The notes beneath the pieces are model-generated. The model had not been told where the DNA came from, searched no databases, and worked only from the letters and a program-made list of their open reading frames with translations. A program made the translations under genes and the position numbers. A DNA stretch of 58,858 nucleotides from Planctomycetaceae bacterium (lineage in GTDB: Bacteria; Planctomycetota; Planctomycetia; Planctomycetales; Planctomycetaceae), in the NCBI GenBank assembly GCA_049790855.1, contig JBAQZJ010000088.1:1-58858 (forward strand), given 5' to 3'. Positions 1-10,109 of the stretch are shown here, in pieces (positions within the stretch are counted from its first letter, which is position 1; every line of letters starts with the position of its first letter).

Positions 1-18
1 ATCATACACCACCGACGG

Positions 19-1170
19 TCAAAAATCGCCGACGATGTCGCCCCCGCTGATGGAACCCAGCGCTCCCCAGACCCCGTAGGGGCTGGGTCCGCCCCAGGCG
101 CCGGAGCAGGGGGTGCCGCCGCCGGCCGAAGCGTCGGGCGGCGGACAGGTCGTGTTGCCGGTGTTGACGCTTTCGCTGACGAACCGCACGGCGCCGTCGC
201 CCATCAGCACATGCACGCCCCCGGTATGATTGCTCGTCGGCTCGTAGATGCCGTCCTCGCCGTCCCAGGTGTTCTGCGTGCAACTCGCCTTGTTCGGGCC
301 GAGGACGGTCGTATGGCCGGTAAAGGCCGACGCACCATCAGGCCAGCGGGTGCCGCCCCAGTGGCCGACGGCCACGGTGTAAGTGTTGTTCGGTCCGACG
401 GTCGCCTGGCACAGCGACGGGTTCGTCCGCACGAAGCCAGGGCCTTGACTCATCGCGGTGCCGCCGTCGAGGACGCGGCTGCCGTTGCCCTTGGCCTTGA
501 CGCGCTCGCTCATGGCGATCGTGTTGGAAAGGCCGTCGGTGATGTCACCGAACTTGACGGTGTGTCCTTTGTCCGGGTCTGTAATATTGTCGCCGAGACC
601 CATGAACATGCCCCGCATGCCGCGACCGCCGTTGCTGCCCCACTGGTTATGGTCCCAAGGGCTGTCGCCGCGGCTGAACATGTAGTTCGTCTTGCCGATC
701 GCCCCGCCCGCGGTCGTGTCGGCGTCCGACGGGCACAGAAATCCGGGAATCTTCGCGGTGAAGGGCGTGTAGTTCTGGTTCCACGGCTCGCACAGGAACG
801 GACCCCACGTGGTACCGCCGGCGTTCGTGAACGTGCCGCTGATCTGCTGATACAGCGGACCCTGCTCGATGTAGGGCAGCATGCCGACGAAGCCGCTCTG
901 GCGCCGGCCTCCGACGCCGCCGGGGTCGGAGATCCCCTCGCCGATGGGCAACGTGCCGTGCACGTCGTGGTAGTTATGCAGAGCCAGCCCCAGTTGCTTG
1001 AGGTTGTTCTTGCACTGGGTTCGCCGGGCGGCTTCGCGAGCCTGCTGGACGGCGGGAAGCAACAGTGCGATCAGGACGGCGATGATCGCGATGACGACGA
1101 GCAATTCGATGAGCGTGAATCCGCGGTCCCACCAACGGCGGGTGCCCGCTCGAATCGTAAGGCGTGGCAT
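19..1170 (-). CDS. DUF1559-family protein with prepilin-type N-terminal cleavage/methylation motif
   Basis: N-terminus [54 protein letters not shown] and C-terminal [18 protein letters not shown] are the canonical planctomycete DUF1559 signatures. Confidence 0.85.
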   Translation of the reverse strand: MPRLTIRAGTRRWWDRGFTLIELLVVIAIIAVLIALLLPAVQQAREAARRTQCKNNLKQLGLALHNYHDVHGTLPIGEGISDPGGVGGRRQSGFVGMLPYIEQGPLYQQISGTFTNAGGTTWGPFLCEPWNQNYTPFTAKIPGFLCPSDADTTAGGAIGKTNYMFSRGDSPWDHNQWGSNGGRGMRGMFMGLGDNITDPDKGHTVKFGDITDGLSNTIAMSERVKAKGNGSRVLDGGTAMSQGPGFVRTNPSLCQATVGPNNTYTVAVGHWGGTRWPDGASAFTGHTTVLGPNKASCTQNTWDGEDGIYEPTSNHTGGVHVLMGDGAVRFVSESVNTGNTTCPPPDASAGGGTPCSGAWGGPSPYGVWGALGSISGGDIVGDF

Positions 1171-1495
1171 GGCAAGATTTCTCTCAAGATGTGAAAAAAA
1201 GAAGAGAAACGCGAGACAGACTCGCGAGAAATCCTACGGAAGATCGTGAAAGCCGCTTCTTAATGGCATATCCGGTGCAGGTCATCTCGGCAAGCTAAAA
1301 GTCCGTCCGAATATTAAGGTTTTTCCCCGGCCGGTACGTCCACTCGCCATGCCGCCGCTGGCGACCCGCGTGCTGACGAGAGTGGAACGTCGTCGGAGAT
1401 CGGCACGCGTCGAAGTTTTGACCGGGATAAACGGCCAAATTTGCCGGCATCAACGGTCGAAAGTCGGCACACGAGTCGCGGCGTTCGCCGGCAAA

Positions 1496-3337
1496 TCACC
1501 GCGGAATCGCAAAGACGCTTCGTCCTTCCACCGCGATCCACTGCCCTGCGGAGAGATCGTCGTGGGTGTCGATCGTTCCCGAAGGCCAATGAAGACGCAC
1601 CGTCGCGGTGGCGAGATCGCCGAGGCCGACGTGGACTTCAGGAGCCGACGCCGACTGGAAGCTGCCGCCGCCGAACAGCGTGCGGTCGATCTTCGTCGCG
1701 GCGTTCAGCACTTCGACGCGGGCACAGTAGCCGTTGCGATTCGATTCGACTCCCACGAGTTGCAACACCAGCGAGCGACCGGCCGTCGAGGTTTCGTTTC
1801 GCAGCGCGATCGACGGTGCGAGTTGATGGGCCACGACCGCGTCGAGGCACCCGTCGCGATCGAGGTCGCCGACGGCCAGCCCCCGTCCCAGCCACTCGGC
1901 GGTGAAGTAGTCGCCGCAGGAGTCGGAGACGTCGGCGAATGTGCCGTCGCGACGGTTGCGGTAGACTTTCGGCCGCATCTGATACGGTTCACCTCCTTGA
2001 GGCATCCAGGTGCGATCGTCGACATGCCCGTTCGTCACCAGCAGATCGAGCCAGCCGTCGTTGTCGATATCGACGAAGACGGTTCCCCAGCCGAGAGTTC
2101 GCCGGCTGGCCGCACCGATGCGGCTGGCGCGAGTGGCGTCTTCAAACAGCAGTCGGCTGCGATTCGCATAGAGCGTGCTGGTATCGCCGTAGAAGTTCGT
2201 CAGGAACAGGTCGGTGGTTCCGTTCGCGTCATAGTCACCCGCGGCGATGCCCATGCTGGCCTGGGCATAACCTAGTTCATTCAGCGCGATATTGCCTGCC
2301 AGTGCTCGCTCGTCGTAGACGAGAGACGAGAGACCGGTTGCGGACTCATTCTGTCTTTCGTCCCTCGTCCCTCGTCCCTCGTCCCCCCTCGCCACCAGCA
2401 GGAAATTCGCCTGACCGTCGTTGGCGACATAGATTTCGGGCGGGCAGTCGTTGTCGAGATCGCCGATGACGACGCCCAGCCCCTTGCCCTTCAATCCGGC
2501 AAGCCCGGCGGTCGCCGTGGCATCGACGAAGCCTCCTTCGCCGTCGGAGAGAAACAGCGCATCATCGACGCCGTCGAATACGGCGGGAGAGCATTGTTCG
2601 TAGCCGTCGGGGCTGGCGGCATTCGGGCAGAGCTTCGGCGATTCGTCCGATTCATCGAGATAGTTCGTCACGTACAGGTCGAGATCGCCGTCGACGTCGA
2701 GGTCGGCGAACGCGGCGCTGGAACTCCACTGCGGAACCTGCGTTCCCGTCGCGTCGGTGATGTCGCTGAATGTGCCGTCGCCGTTGTTGCGCCAGAGTGC
2801 GTTCCGACCATACGCCGTGACGTACAGATCGTCGAAGCCGTCGGCATCGACGTCGCCCACGGCACAACCGTGTGTGTAGCCGAATTGCCGGACGAGCGAA
2901 GTATCGGTGACGCGATCAAACTGCATCGCACCGCGATTTCGAAAGAGCTGGCACGGCGTCTCGCGATCGTCGGGGTTCCGCGGGAGCCGGCAACCGTTCG
3001 TCAGAAACACGTCGAGCCGCCCGTCGCGATCGAAGTCGAACAGGCCGACACCGCCGCCGTTCGCCTCGAGGATCCGATGTTGCCCGCGGATGTCGTCGTA
3101 ACGCTCGAAGTCCAGCCCCGACTCGGCAGCAATCGTCTGGAAGGAAAAGGACCGGCCCGGAGGTTTCGGCGTGTCGGAGGAACGCCGATTGGGCGAGGCG
3201 ACGCTTTCCTCGTCCGTCGCCGGCTGGTTCTGATCGGAAACGCCGGCGGCCTGATCCGTTTCGTCGCGACAGCCGGCGACGAACACGAACCACCCCATCG
3301 ATGCGACGACGAGATGCCGATGCGAAGCCGCTGCCAT
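1496..3337 (-). CDS. CRTAC1-family FG-GAP/VCBS-repeat protein with ASPIC/UnbV-like C-terminus
   Basis: Repeated DxDxDG loops (FDFDRDGRLDV, GDVDADGFDD, ADLDVDGDLDL, DIDNDGWLDL, GDLDRDGCLD). C-terminal RVEVLNAATKIDRTLFGGGSFQSASAPEVHVGLG resembles the ASPIC/UnbV domain. N-terminal signal/lipobox-like VFVAGC. Confidence 0.8.
   Translation of the reverse strand: MAAASHRHLVVASMGWFVFVAGCRDETDQAAGVSDQNQPATDEESVASPNRRSSDTPKPPGRSFSFQTIAAESGLDFERYDDIRGQHRILEANGGGVGLFDFDRDGRLDVFLTNGCRLPRNPDDRETPCQLFRNRGAMQFDRVTDTSLVRQFGYTHGCAVGDVDADGFDDLYVTAYGRNALWRNNGDGTFSDITDATGTQVPQWSSSAAFADLDVDGDLDLYVTNYLDESDESPKLCPNAASPDGYEQCSPAVFDGVDDALFLSDGEGGFVDATATAGLAGLKGKGLGVVIGDLDNDCPPEIYVANDGQANFLLVARGDEGRGTRDERQNESATGLSSLVYDERALAGNIALNELGYAQASMGIAAGDYDANGTTDLFLTNFYGDTSTLYANRSRLLFEDATRASRIGAASRRTLGWGTVFVDIDNDGWLDLLVTNGHVDDRTWMPQGGEPYQMRPKVYRNRRDGTFADVSDSCGDYFTAEWLGRGLAVGDLDRDGCLDAVVAHQLAPSIALRNETSTAGRSLVLQLVGVESNRNGYCARVEVLNAATKIDRTLFGGGSFQSASAPEVHVGLGDLATATVRLHWPSGTIDTHDDLSAGQWIAVEGRSVFAIPR
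2359..2391. repeat. Tandem heptamer array (CGTCCCT)n, i.e. GAGGGAC on the coding strand, embedded in-frame in the CRTAC1-like CDS
   Basis: cgtccctcgtccctcgtccctcgtcccccctcg. It encodes ...ARGDEGRGTRDE... The same heptamer occurs in the prophage intergenic hairpin at 36578-36645. Confidence 0.8.
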
Positions 3338-3373
3338 GGGTGAGTCCGTCGGTTCCGGGGTGTCATGAAAAAT

Positions 3374-4603
3374 TCAAAGTGGGACGGCCGTCGTCCGTCC
3401 GGGCCGGCGATCGGGTTGCGCGATCCGCTCGGAGTGCCGCCGAAAGGTCTTGGCGGCAGCCGTCAGGCCCATGTTTTCACAGGTCTCGGCGAGTTTCCGC
3501 GACGCGTCCGCGTCTTCTTCGGTGAGGCCGACGAGACGGACGCGAATGTCGGCGAGTACGCTCGAGCGTTGCAGGACTTCGTCGCGTGCCGCGTTGTTCT
3601 TCAAGCCGGCATAGGCGCGAGCCAGACCCATATGGCAGGCGGGATCTGCGGGATCTTTCGTCAACACGTTCTGAAAATGCGAGACGGCGTCGTCCCAGCG
3701 CTGCTCTTCGAGTGCGAACTCGCCGCGCATGCGGGTCAGCAGCCAAGGCTCATCGTCGCGATGCTTCGGCAGCGTTTTCGCCACCTGGGCGAAGCTGTCG
3801 AGATCGGCCTGCTCGTATAGGCACTCGAGCAGCGCGGCGGTCACGGCAAGGTCGCTCGGATGCTCGCGGTGCAGCGTTTCGAGCAACGTTCGGGATTCGT
3901 CGAGCATTCCGTCGGTCGTGAGATATCGACCATAGGCCGTCTGCAGCATCAGGTCGTCGGAGTCCTGTTCGAGGAATTGGACGAGCCGATGCCGTCCGGT
4001 CGAGGAATGCCAGATGAGCAGGGTCGGGAAGTGATATTGCTTCGAGTCGTAGACGTCGGCATGCCCCGACGCATGCAGTTCGGCGAGAACACGCCGTCGT
4101 TCCTCGACCCTCAATTCGACCGAGAGAAGATAAGCGAGCCAGGTGCGGGCCGTCACAAGATGGCTGCGGGGCACCGTGGCGTCGGTCTTAGCATGAGAGA
4201 GAAACTCGCGCAAGCTGCGTTCGGCATCTCGCGCCCGGTCCAGTCGTATCAGAACCTGACTCTCCTGCAAACGGGCGGAAAGCCCATACTGGTCGTCCGC
4301 AGTCGGGATCGCCCCAAAGCACGCCGCCGCCGTTTCCAGCCGATCTTCCGCGACCGATAATTCCGCCAGCAGCGACAGCGCTTCAATCCGATTCGGTTCG
4401 CGTCGATAGACCTCGTGAAACTGCCGTGCCGCCTGTTCGTATTCCTGCAGACTGACGCCGACCGGCAACGCCGGCTCGCGCAAGAGAGACCATGCCGCGA
4501 TGCCGGCCCCGCCTGCGACGAGCAGCGCGAGCGCGAACCAGACGCGACGGGCCGTTCGGCGCCGCGGAGGACTGCTCGTCTCGGGAAGGCTGGAAGAACT
4601 CAT
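3374..4603 (-). CDS. Membrane-anchored TPR-repeat protein
   Basis: N-terminal TM segment (VWFALALLVAGGAGIAAWSLL) followed by helical repeat sequence. Co-directional with the CRTAC1-like and multihaem genes. Confidence 0.6.
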   Translation of the reverse strand: MSSSSLPETSSPPRRRTARRVWFALALLVAGGAGIAAWSLLREPALPVGVSLQEYEQAARQFHEVYRREPNRIEALSLLAELSVAEDRLETAAACFGAIPTADDQYGLSARLQESQVLIRLDRARDAERSLREFLSHAKTDATVPRSHLVTARTWLAYLLSVELRVEERRRVLAELHASGHADVYDSKQYHFPTLLIWHSSTGRHRLVQFLEQDSDDLMLQTAYGRYLTTDGMLDESRTLLETLHREHPSDLAVTAALLECLYEQADLDSFAQVAKTLPKHRDDEPWLLTRMRGEFALEEQRWDDAVSHFQNVLTKDPADPACHMGLARAYAGLKNNAARDEVLQRSSVLADIRVRLVGLTEEDADASRKLAETCENMGLTAAAKTFRRHSERIAQPDRRPGRTTAVPL

Positions 4604-4690
4604 GCCTTCAGCATCACGCGGTGCGGGGTGAGGATCAACCGGTGCATGACTCGAGAACTCGTCGGAGACGTCCGCGATCCGGCGAACGTT

Positions 4691-6574
4691 TCAGCGCGGC
4701 GGCCGGGCGTTCCGCATCCGTCGGAGCAGCCGCTCTTGTTCCTCACGGTCGTCCGTTCGACCGACGGCGGCGTAGGCTTTGACGAGCCATTCACGGACGG
4801 CAATCAGCGTCGGATTGAGATCCAGCGCCTTCTCGGCCGACGTGATTCCTTCGTCCTGCCTGCCCGTCAAGGCGAGAGCGTCGGCCCGCAGCGTCCAGGC
4901 CTTCACGTCGTAGGGATCGATTTCAATCAGACGATCGGCGCACTCCAAGGCGTTCGGGAAATCGGAACTCGCATAGTAAAGATCGAGCAACGCCGAGAGT
5001 GCCGCTTCTTCGCTGGCCGGCAGCTTCCTGGCTCGTTCGTAATAACTCACCGCGCGGTCGGTCAGCCCGTTGCGAGCGGCTATCGCACCCAGCACGCTGA
5101 GTGAAGTGCCGTCGTCAGGCGCCTTCTCGACGACGTCGAGCAGCCGGCGTGCTGTTTCGGGCGAAAGCGGCTTCTCGGACTGGTTCAACTGCACCCAGGC
5201 CGCCAGAGCGACCGCCCGATCGTGTTCCCAGTCGGGCAGTCGTTCGTCCATGTGGTTGAAGAACACCAGCGGCTTCGTGCCGGTGGTCGCTGTGTCGCTC
5301 GATGGGTCGTCGGGCACCCGCCGAACGCGGTGATCGGTCTGCGTGACGTGCGAGATGTTGCTCGACTCGCGTCCCGGCATGTGGCAGGCGATGCACGAAT
5401 CGTTCTGTTTGTCCCGTTCGGCTCGCGGCGATGAACAGTCGGCCTCGCCGTGGCAGTTCAGGCATCGCGTTCGATAGAACGTGATGCGTTCCGACTCGGC
5501 CGGTGCGCGATGCGGATCGTGACACGAGATGCAGCCGAACCGCCCGTCGCTTTCGAGAAAGCAGCGGCTGTCGCGCATCTGCTGGACGTGATTTACCGAC
5601 TTGGTCTTCCCCTCGGAAGTCACCTCGCTGCCTTCATCGAGCACCGTCCAGATCTCCGACAGCCGCTGACCGGGACGGAAATCGAGTTCGCTTCGACCAT
5701 AACGCGGCAGACGAACCTCGGCGATCAGGTGGCACTGATAACAGACGCTCTCGCGCTCGTCGGGAGTCAGTCGGGCGGGGTTCACGATCGGGTCGGTCGA
5801 ACCGGCAGAAGTTCGGCCGGATTCATGCCAGGCGACGTGCGACGCCCCCGGCCCGTGGCAGTTCTCGCAACCGATCGCCATCTCGTGAAACGCCGGCGTT
5901 TCATATTTGTTCAGCGAACGGCCGACGGCGGCGATCCGACCCGCATGGCAGGCCAGACAATCATCGGTGACGCGACGGCTGAACCGCCGGGGATCGTCCG
6001 GCGTGTAGCTGGGCGCCATGTCCCACTTCTGCGTCTGCGAGTACCAGTTCAGCGGCGACATGAAGAGCAGATCGCCCTTCTGGTGCAGGTAGGCCTTCGC
6101 GCGGCGCCCGGATCCGACCACGTAGTCGACCGCATGGCCCTGGTCGTAAATCAACTCACCGTCGGCATCGAACATCCGTTCGTGATGGACCATGACGTCG
6201 TCGTGAATCTCGACGTCGTAAACCCGCTGATTGCCGGCGATGAGCGTTTTGCTGCGAGGCACCGTTGCGTCTTCGGCCGTCGGGTCGACGCGGGTGATCG
6301 AACGCGACATCGGGTGCGTCTTGAACGTCTCCGCGATCTCGGCATGGCACCGGGCGCAGGTCTCGCTGCCGACGTACCCTTCACTCGACGGCGGCTGATA
6401 CGCTGAACCCGACTTCTCGCGATCCGTTTCAGAAACAAGTGCGGGTTCGCCGTCCGAATGTCTTGTGAACCACCACGCCGCGGCGGTCCCCGTCACGACA
6501 CACACCGCAGCGAGCGACGCGACGACCCGCCGCGTGGTGAAGCCACAGAATGCCGAGCGGTGGTGGGTCCGCAT
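4691..6574 (-). CDS. Multihaem c-type cytochrome fused to C-terminal TPR repeats
   Basis: Seven CxxCH motifs (CARCH, CLACH, CENCH, CYQCH, CISCH, CLNCH, CIACH), an N-terminal TM/signal segment and a TPR-like C-terminal third. Confidence 0.8.
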   Translation of the reverse strand: MRTHHRSAFCGFTTRRVVASLAAVCVVTGTAAAWWFTRHSDGEPALVSETDREKSGSAYQPPSSEGYVGSETCARCHAEIAETFKTHPMSRSITRVDPTAEDATVPRSKTLIAGNQRVYDVEIHDDVMVHHERMFDADGELIYDQGHAVDYVVGSGRRAKAYLHQKGDLLFMSPLNWYSQTQKWDMAPSYTPDDPRRFSRRVTDDCLACHAGRIAAVGRSLNKYETPAFHEMAIGCENCHGPGASHVAWHESGRTSAGSTDPIVNPARLTPDERESVCYQCHLIAEVRLPRYGRSELDFRPGQRLSEIWTVLDEGSEVTSEGKTKSVNHVQQMRDSRCFLESDGRFGCISCHDPHRAPAESERITFYRTRCLNCHGEADCSSPRAERDKQNDSCIACHMPGRESSNISHVTQTDHRVRRVPDDPSSDTATTGTKPLVFFNHMDERLPDWEHDRAVALAAWVQLNQSEKPLSPETARRLLDVVEKAPDDGTSLSVLGAIAARNGLTDRAVSYYERARKLPASEEAALSALLDLYYASSDFPNALECADRLIEIDPYDVKAWTLRADALALTGRQDEGITSAEKALDLNPTLIAVREWLVKAYAAVGRTDDREEQERLLRRMRNARPPR

Positions 6575-6654
6575 CTGTTGAATCCTCGCCGGTTCGCGTG
6601 GCGCGTCGTCGCTTCCATCTTACGACCGCATCCCGCGTTCCCGAAAGCCGCGCC

Positions 6655-7533
6655 TCAGCGGAGCTTCGACTTCGACGACGCGAGAGTCCGGGCAAGCTCG
6701 ACCGGAAGTTCGCTGCGAAACTCGATGAACTCGCCGCTGACGGGATGGCGGAATCTCAGGAAGCAGGCATGCAAGCCGAGCCGTCCCGACGTGCGACGTT
6801 TGCCGTAACGGTCGTCGCCGATGATCGCGTGCCCCAGGTCGGCGAGATGGACGCGAATCTGGTGTTTGCGGCCGGTCTCCGTTCGGACCTCGATCAACGA
6901 ATGAGGGCCGCAATCTTTCTGAACGGTGTAATGCGTCACCGCATGCTTCGACCGCTTCGTCTTCCTACCGGAGAACACGCTGAGCGCAGCGGTTTCCGTG
7001 AGGTCGCTTTCGACGGTGCCCGTCGGTTCGGCTGGTGCTCCTTCGACGATGGCGAAGTACCGCTTTTCGACGTCGTCCCAGGTGTCTTGCAGCCGCTGCT
7101 TGGCGTCGGCCGTCTTCGCGAACAGCAGCAATCCCGACGTCTCGCGATCGAGACGATGGACGATGAACGCACGCGCCGGTTCGCCGCGCTGCCGGCTTTT
7201 GAGATACTCGGTCACCTTGAAGTACGCGGTCTTCGTGCGTTCGGTGTCGGTGGCGATCGTCAGCAGCCCGGCCGGCTTGTCGACGACGAGAATCGACTCG
7301 TCTTCAAAGACGATCTCCAGCCCCGGAATGCGTCCGGGGATCGTCGGCACGACGTTCGATTCGATCCGGACGACGTCGCCCGCGGCCAGCGGCTGATCAT
7401 GCCGGCCGGCGGCCTCGCCGTTGACCGTGATCCGTCCGAGCCTCAGCCACTTTTTGGCCCGCGTGCGATTGTTGATCACACGGGCCAATGCGTCGAGCAA
7501 CGGACCCGGTTGTTCGATGTGAAAAGTCTGCAT
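6655..7533 (-). CDS. RluA-family pseudouridine synthase (S4 domain + catalytic domain)
   Basis: HRLDRETSGLLLFAK catalytic-Asp motif. S4-like N-terminus (AKKWLRLGRITVNGEAAGRHDQPLAAGDVVRI). Confidence 0.85.
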   Translation of the reverse strand: MQTFHIEQPGPLLDALARVINNRTRAKKWLRLGRITVNGEAAGRHDQPLAAGDVVRIESNVVPTIPGRIPGLEIVFEDESILVVDKPAGLLTIATDTERTKTAYFKVTEYLKSRQRGEPARAFIVHRLDRETSGLLLFAKTADAKQRLQDTWDDVEKRYFAIVEGAPAEPTGTVESDLTETAALSVFSGRKTKRSKHAVTHYTVQKDCGPHSLIEVRTETGRKHQIRVHLADLGHAIIGDDRYGKRRTSGRLGLHACFLRFRHPVSGEFIEFRSELPVELARTLASSKSKLR

Positions 7534-7733
7534 GGGGAAGAGTTTCTACGAGCGGCCTGACAATCAGCAGCCTACCAGCGCCTGCGTCGCCGACCAACAC
7601 CGCCGCTTCCGTACGACGGCCTTTAAGGCCATCGAAACCAGCGGCGTGGGCGAACCCGACGGGCTAGAAAGCCCGTCGTACAACGGGAGATGCAAAGCCC
7701 GTCAGGTTCCGTTAGGCTTCTCGACGGCCCGAA

Positions 7734-8519
7734 TTGGCCGGATGGCCCGCGGCCCGTCGGCTGAACATGCACCAACGAGGCGTGATGACTGCCGATTGGA
7801 CGTCGATTCTGGTGCCGCTGGTGCTCTTCGTCGCCACGTTCATCCGTTCGGCGTTCGGGTTCGGCGAGGCGCTGATCGCCGTGCCGCTGCTCGCACTCCT
7901 GATGCCGATCGACGTCGCGGCTCCGGTGGCCGTGCTGGCCTCGATCGTCGTCGCCGGGTTCGTCGTCGCACAAGACTGGCGGCACGTTCATTTCCGCAGT
8001 GCGTCGCGGCTCGTTCTCGCGACGCTGTTCGGCACGCCGCTGGGCCTGCTGCTGTTGACCGCGGTCGACGAACGGATCGTCAAATCGATTCTCGCCGTCG
8101 GCATCGTCGCCTTCGCGTCGTTCTGCTTGCTCAGTCGACGGCAGGCTGCACTCGCCGACGATCGAACGGCATGGTTGTTCGGCTTCTGCGCAGGAGTTCT
8201 CGGCGGCGCGTACGGCATGAACGGTCCGCCGCTCGTGATTTACGGGTCGCTCCGCGGCTGGTCGCCGCAGCACTTCCGGGCGACCCTGCAAGGCTACTTC
8301 CTGCCCGCCAGCCTGCTGGTCTTTGGCGGCTACTGGCTGACGGGCCTGTGGATACCAACGGTGACGCGACACTTCCTCATCGCCTTGCCGGCCATCGTGG
8401 CAGCGATCCTGCTCGGCCGACTGGTGAACCAGCGAATGCGCGGCCCGTCGTTCCTGCGTTACCTCCACATCGGCCTGATCGCCGTGGGTTTCGTCCTGCT
8501 GGCGCAATCGGTCGCCTGA
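7734..8519 (+). CDS. TauE/SafE-family anion exporter (membrane protein)
   Basis: Polytopic membrane protein with FGFGEALIAVPLL and GGAYGMNGPPL segments typical of TauE/SafE. The true start may be the internal Met at 7785. Confidence 0.75.
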   Translation: MAGWPAARRLNMHQRGVMTADWTSILVPLVLFVATFIRSAFGFGEALIAVPLLALLMPIDVAAPVAVLASIVVAGFVVAQDWRHVHFRSASRLVLATLFGTPLGLLLLTAVDERIVKSILAVGIVAFASFCLLSRRQAALADDRTAWLFGFCAGVLGGAYGMNGPPLVIYGSLRGWSPQHFRATLQGYFLPASLLVFGGYWLTGLWIPTVTRHFLIALPAIVAAILLGRLVNQRMRGPSFLRYLHIGLIAVGFVLLAQSVA

Positions 8520-8583
8520 CGACTCGAAGGCGGAGTCAAGAATCCTGTTGACCCCGCAGAACATGGACAAGATAATGTCCAGT

Positions 8584-8841
8584 ATGGAGATCATCAGCTA
8601 CACCGCCGCTCGCGAGAACCTCGCCTCGACGATGGACAAGGTCTGCGACGATCACGTCCCCGTGGTCATTACTCGCAAGCGGGACCAGGCTGTCGTGATG
8701 CTGTCACTGGAGGATTACGAGTCTTTGGAAGAGACCGCCTATCTCGTTCGCAGCCCGGCGAACGCCAAGCGACTGCTGGAAGCGATTCACGCCCTCGAGA
8801 GCGGCAAGGGTGTCAAACGCAAGCTCAAGCTCGACGAATGA
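8584..8841 (+). CDS. yefM: YefM-type (Phd/YefM) antitoxin
   Basis: MEIISYTAARENLASTMDKV...SLEDYESLEETAYLVRSPANAKRLLEAI is colinear by eye with E. coli YefM. ATGA overlap with the downstream toxin. The track ORF begins at 8548 but homology starts at 8584. Confidence 0.9.
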   Translation: MEIISYTAARENLASTMDKVCDDHVPVVITRKRDQAVVMLSLEDYESLEETAYLVRSPANAKRLLEAIHALESGKGVKRKLKLDE

Positions 8842-9092
8842 ACCTCGTCTTCGCCCCGCAGGCGTGGGAAGATTATCTCTACTGGCAGGCGACGGCCCCG
8901 AAGACCGTCGCCCGCATCCACCTGCTCCTCAAAGACATCCTCCGCAGCCCGCACGCCGGCATCGGCAAACCCGAACCCCTCAAACACGCCTTCCGCGGCT
9001 ACTGGTCACGGCGGATCGACGCGGAGCATCGGATCGTGTATCGGGTGAGTGATGCGGGGTTGTTGATTGCGCAGTTGAGGTATCGCTACTGA
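8838..9092 (+). CDS. yoeB: YoeB-type mRNA interferase toxin
   Basis: 84 aa, position-for-position colinear with E. coli YoeB (WEDYLYWQ, GKPEPLKH, WSRRI..EHRIVY). Ends RYRY rather than RYHY. Confidence 0.9.
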   Translation: MNLVFAPQAWEDYLYWQATAPKTVARIHLLLKDILRSPHAGIGKPEPLKHAFRGYWSRRIDAEHRIVYRVSDAGLLIAQLRYRY

Positions 9093-9101
9093 CGGTCCGC
9101 C

Positions 9102-9851
9102 ATGATTTCAATCACCGTCGGCTCCGACACCTATGGGAGCGTCAAAAGAGTCGGAGGCACACGCATCGTCACGCAGTTCGCGATGCTGAACGGCGTTCCG
9201 CTGTATCCGCTCGCGTCCTTCTACTGCGCGGGTGCCGGCCCGATGACCGCGACGGGACTACCGTTCGTATTCAGCGTCAAAAGCGCGTCCATCGTCGGGC
9301 TCCCGCTCGCAAGAATCGACCGATTTTCGACGACGATGGCATACGTTCGCGGACTATGCGGCACTCTCGTGGTCATTGGGTTCTTGTCGATCGTTCCCAT
9401 CGTCATGCACCTTTCCGGAGAGCGCCTCGATGACTTCGCGACGGCAGCAATGATTGCTCTGATGTGCTCGTTCCTGATCGGATGCATCGGCGGCGGGATG
9501 TCTTATCTCATTCCGCTCGGAGTGAGCGAACGTGACCAGAGCATTCGGCTTTGGTGCGGGCGGATACTCGGCATCGAGGCCGACCCGGCCGCGGTGCGTG
9601 CCGATGTTGTTGAACACCTCGCAGAGGCATTGAGCGAAGCGGCCGAGCAGGAGGAAATCGACAGCAAGGACGACAGGTTGGCTCAAGAGCTGACTTTGGT
9701 GCGGTTGAAGATCGCGCTCGGCGATCCCCCTGAAGCACTCGAAACTCGAACTGACCGGCTCCTTGAACGACTCGGGTTGGCGACGGGTGACGACGCCAAA
9801 CCCTATCAGGAGCGTGAAGCGCGGCAGGCGATCGAGGATTCGCAGACATGA
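9102..9851 (+). CDS. Hypothetical membrane protein with acidic helical C-terminus
   Basis: Three to four hydrophobic segments, then an acidic coiled region. Strong GC3 bias. No family recognised. Confidence 0.5.
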   Translation: MISITVGSDTYGSVKRVGGTRIVTQFAMLNGVPLYPLASFYCAGAGPMTATGLPFVFSVKSASIVGLPLARIDRFSTTMAYVRGLCGTLVVIGFLSIVPIVMHLSGERLDDFATAAMIALMCSFLIGCIGGGMSYLIPLGVSERDQSIRLWCGRILGIEADPAAVRADVVEHLAEALSEAAEQEEIDSKDDRLAQELTLVRLKIALGDPPEALETRTDRLLERLGLATGDDAKPYQEREARQAIEDSQT

Positions 9852-10109
9852 CCGACGCTGCGCAGGGTGGCCCCGACGCCGTCGAGGCGTCGGGGTCGCG
9901 TCCGCGACGAGAGGGCGCGCCATCCGCTCTCCTCACTCGACCATCGACGACAACTCACTCGGCAGGATGCCCTGGCCGCTCGCCCCGTCTCGACGGATCG
10001 CGAAAAAAATCTCCCACGCCTGTCGAATTCCCGATCGGTTGTTCGTCGTACTCAGGGAAGACAGCTCATGACGCTGTCGCGTTTTCAACAACCAGCGTGA
10101 AGGCCGACG

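Noticed and set aside
211-1194. 327-aa plus-strand ORF
   Set aside because: It is antisense to the canonical DUF1559 gene, so it is a shadow ORF.
7668-7690. Perfect hairpin CGACGGGCT-AGAA-AGCCCGTCG in the rluA/tauE divergent region, with a nearby AAGCCCGTC repeat
   Set aside because: It could be a REP-like element or an operator. Only one full copy is in the window and there is no further support, so it is too little to call.
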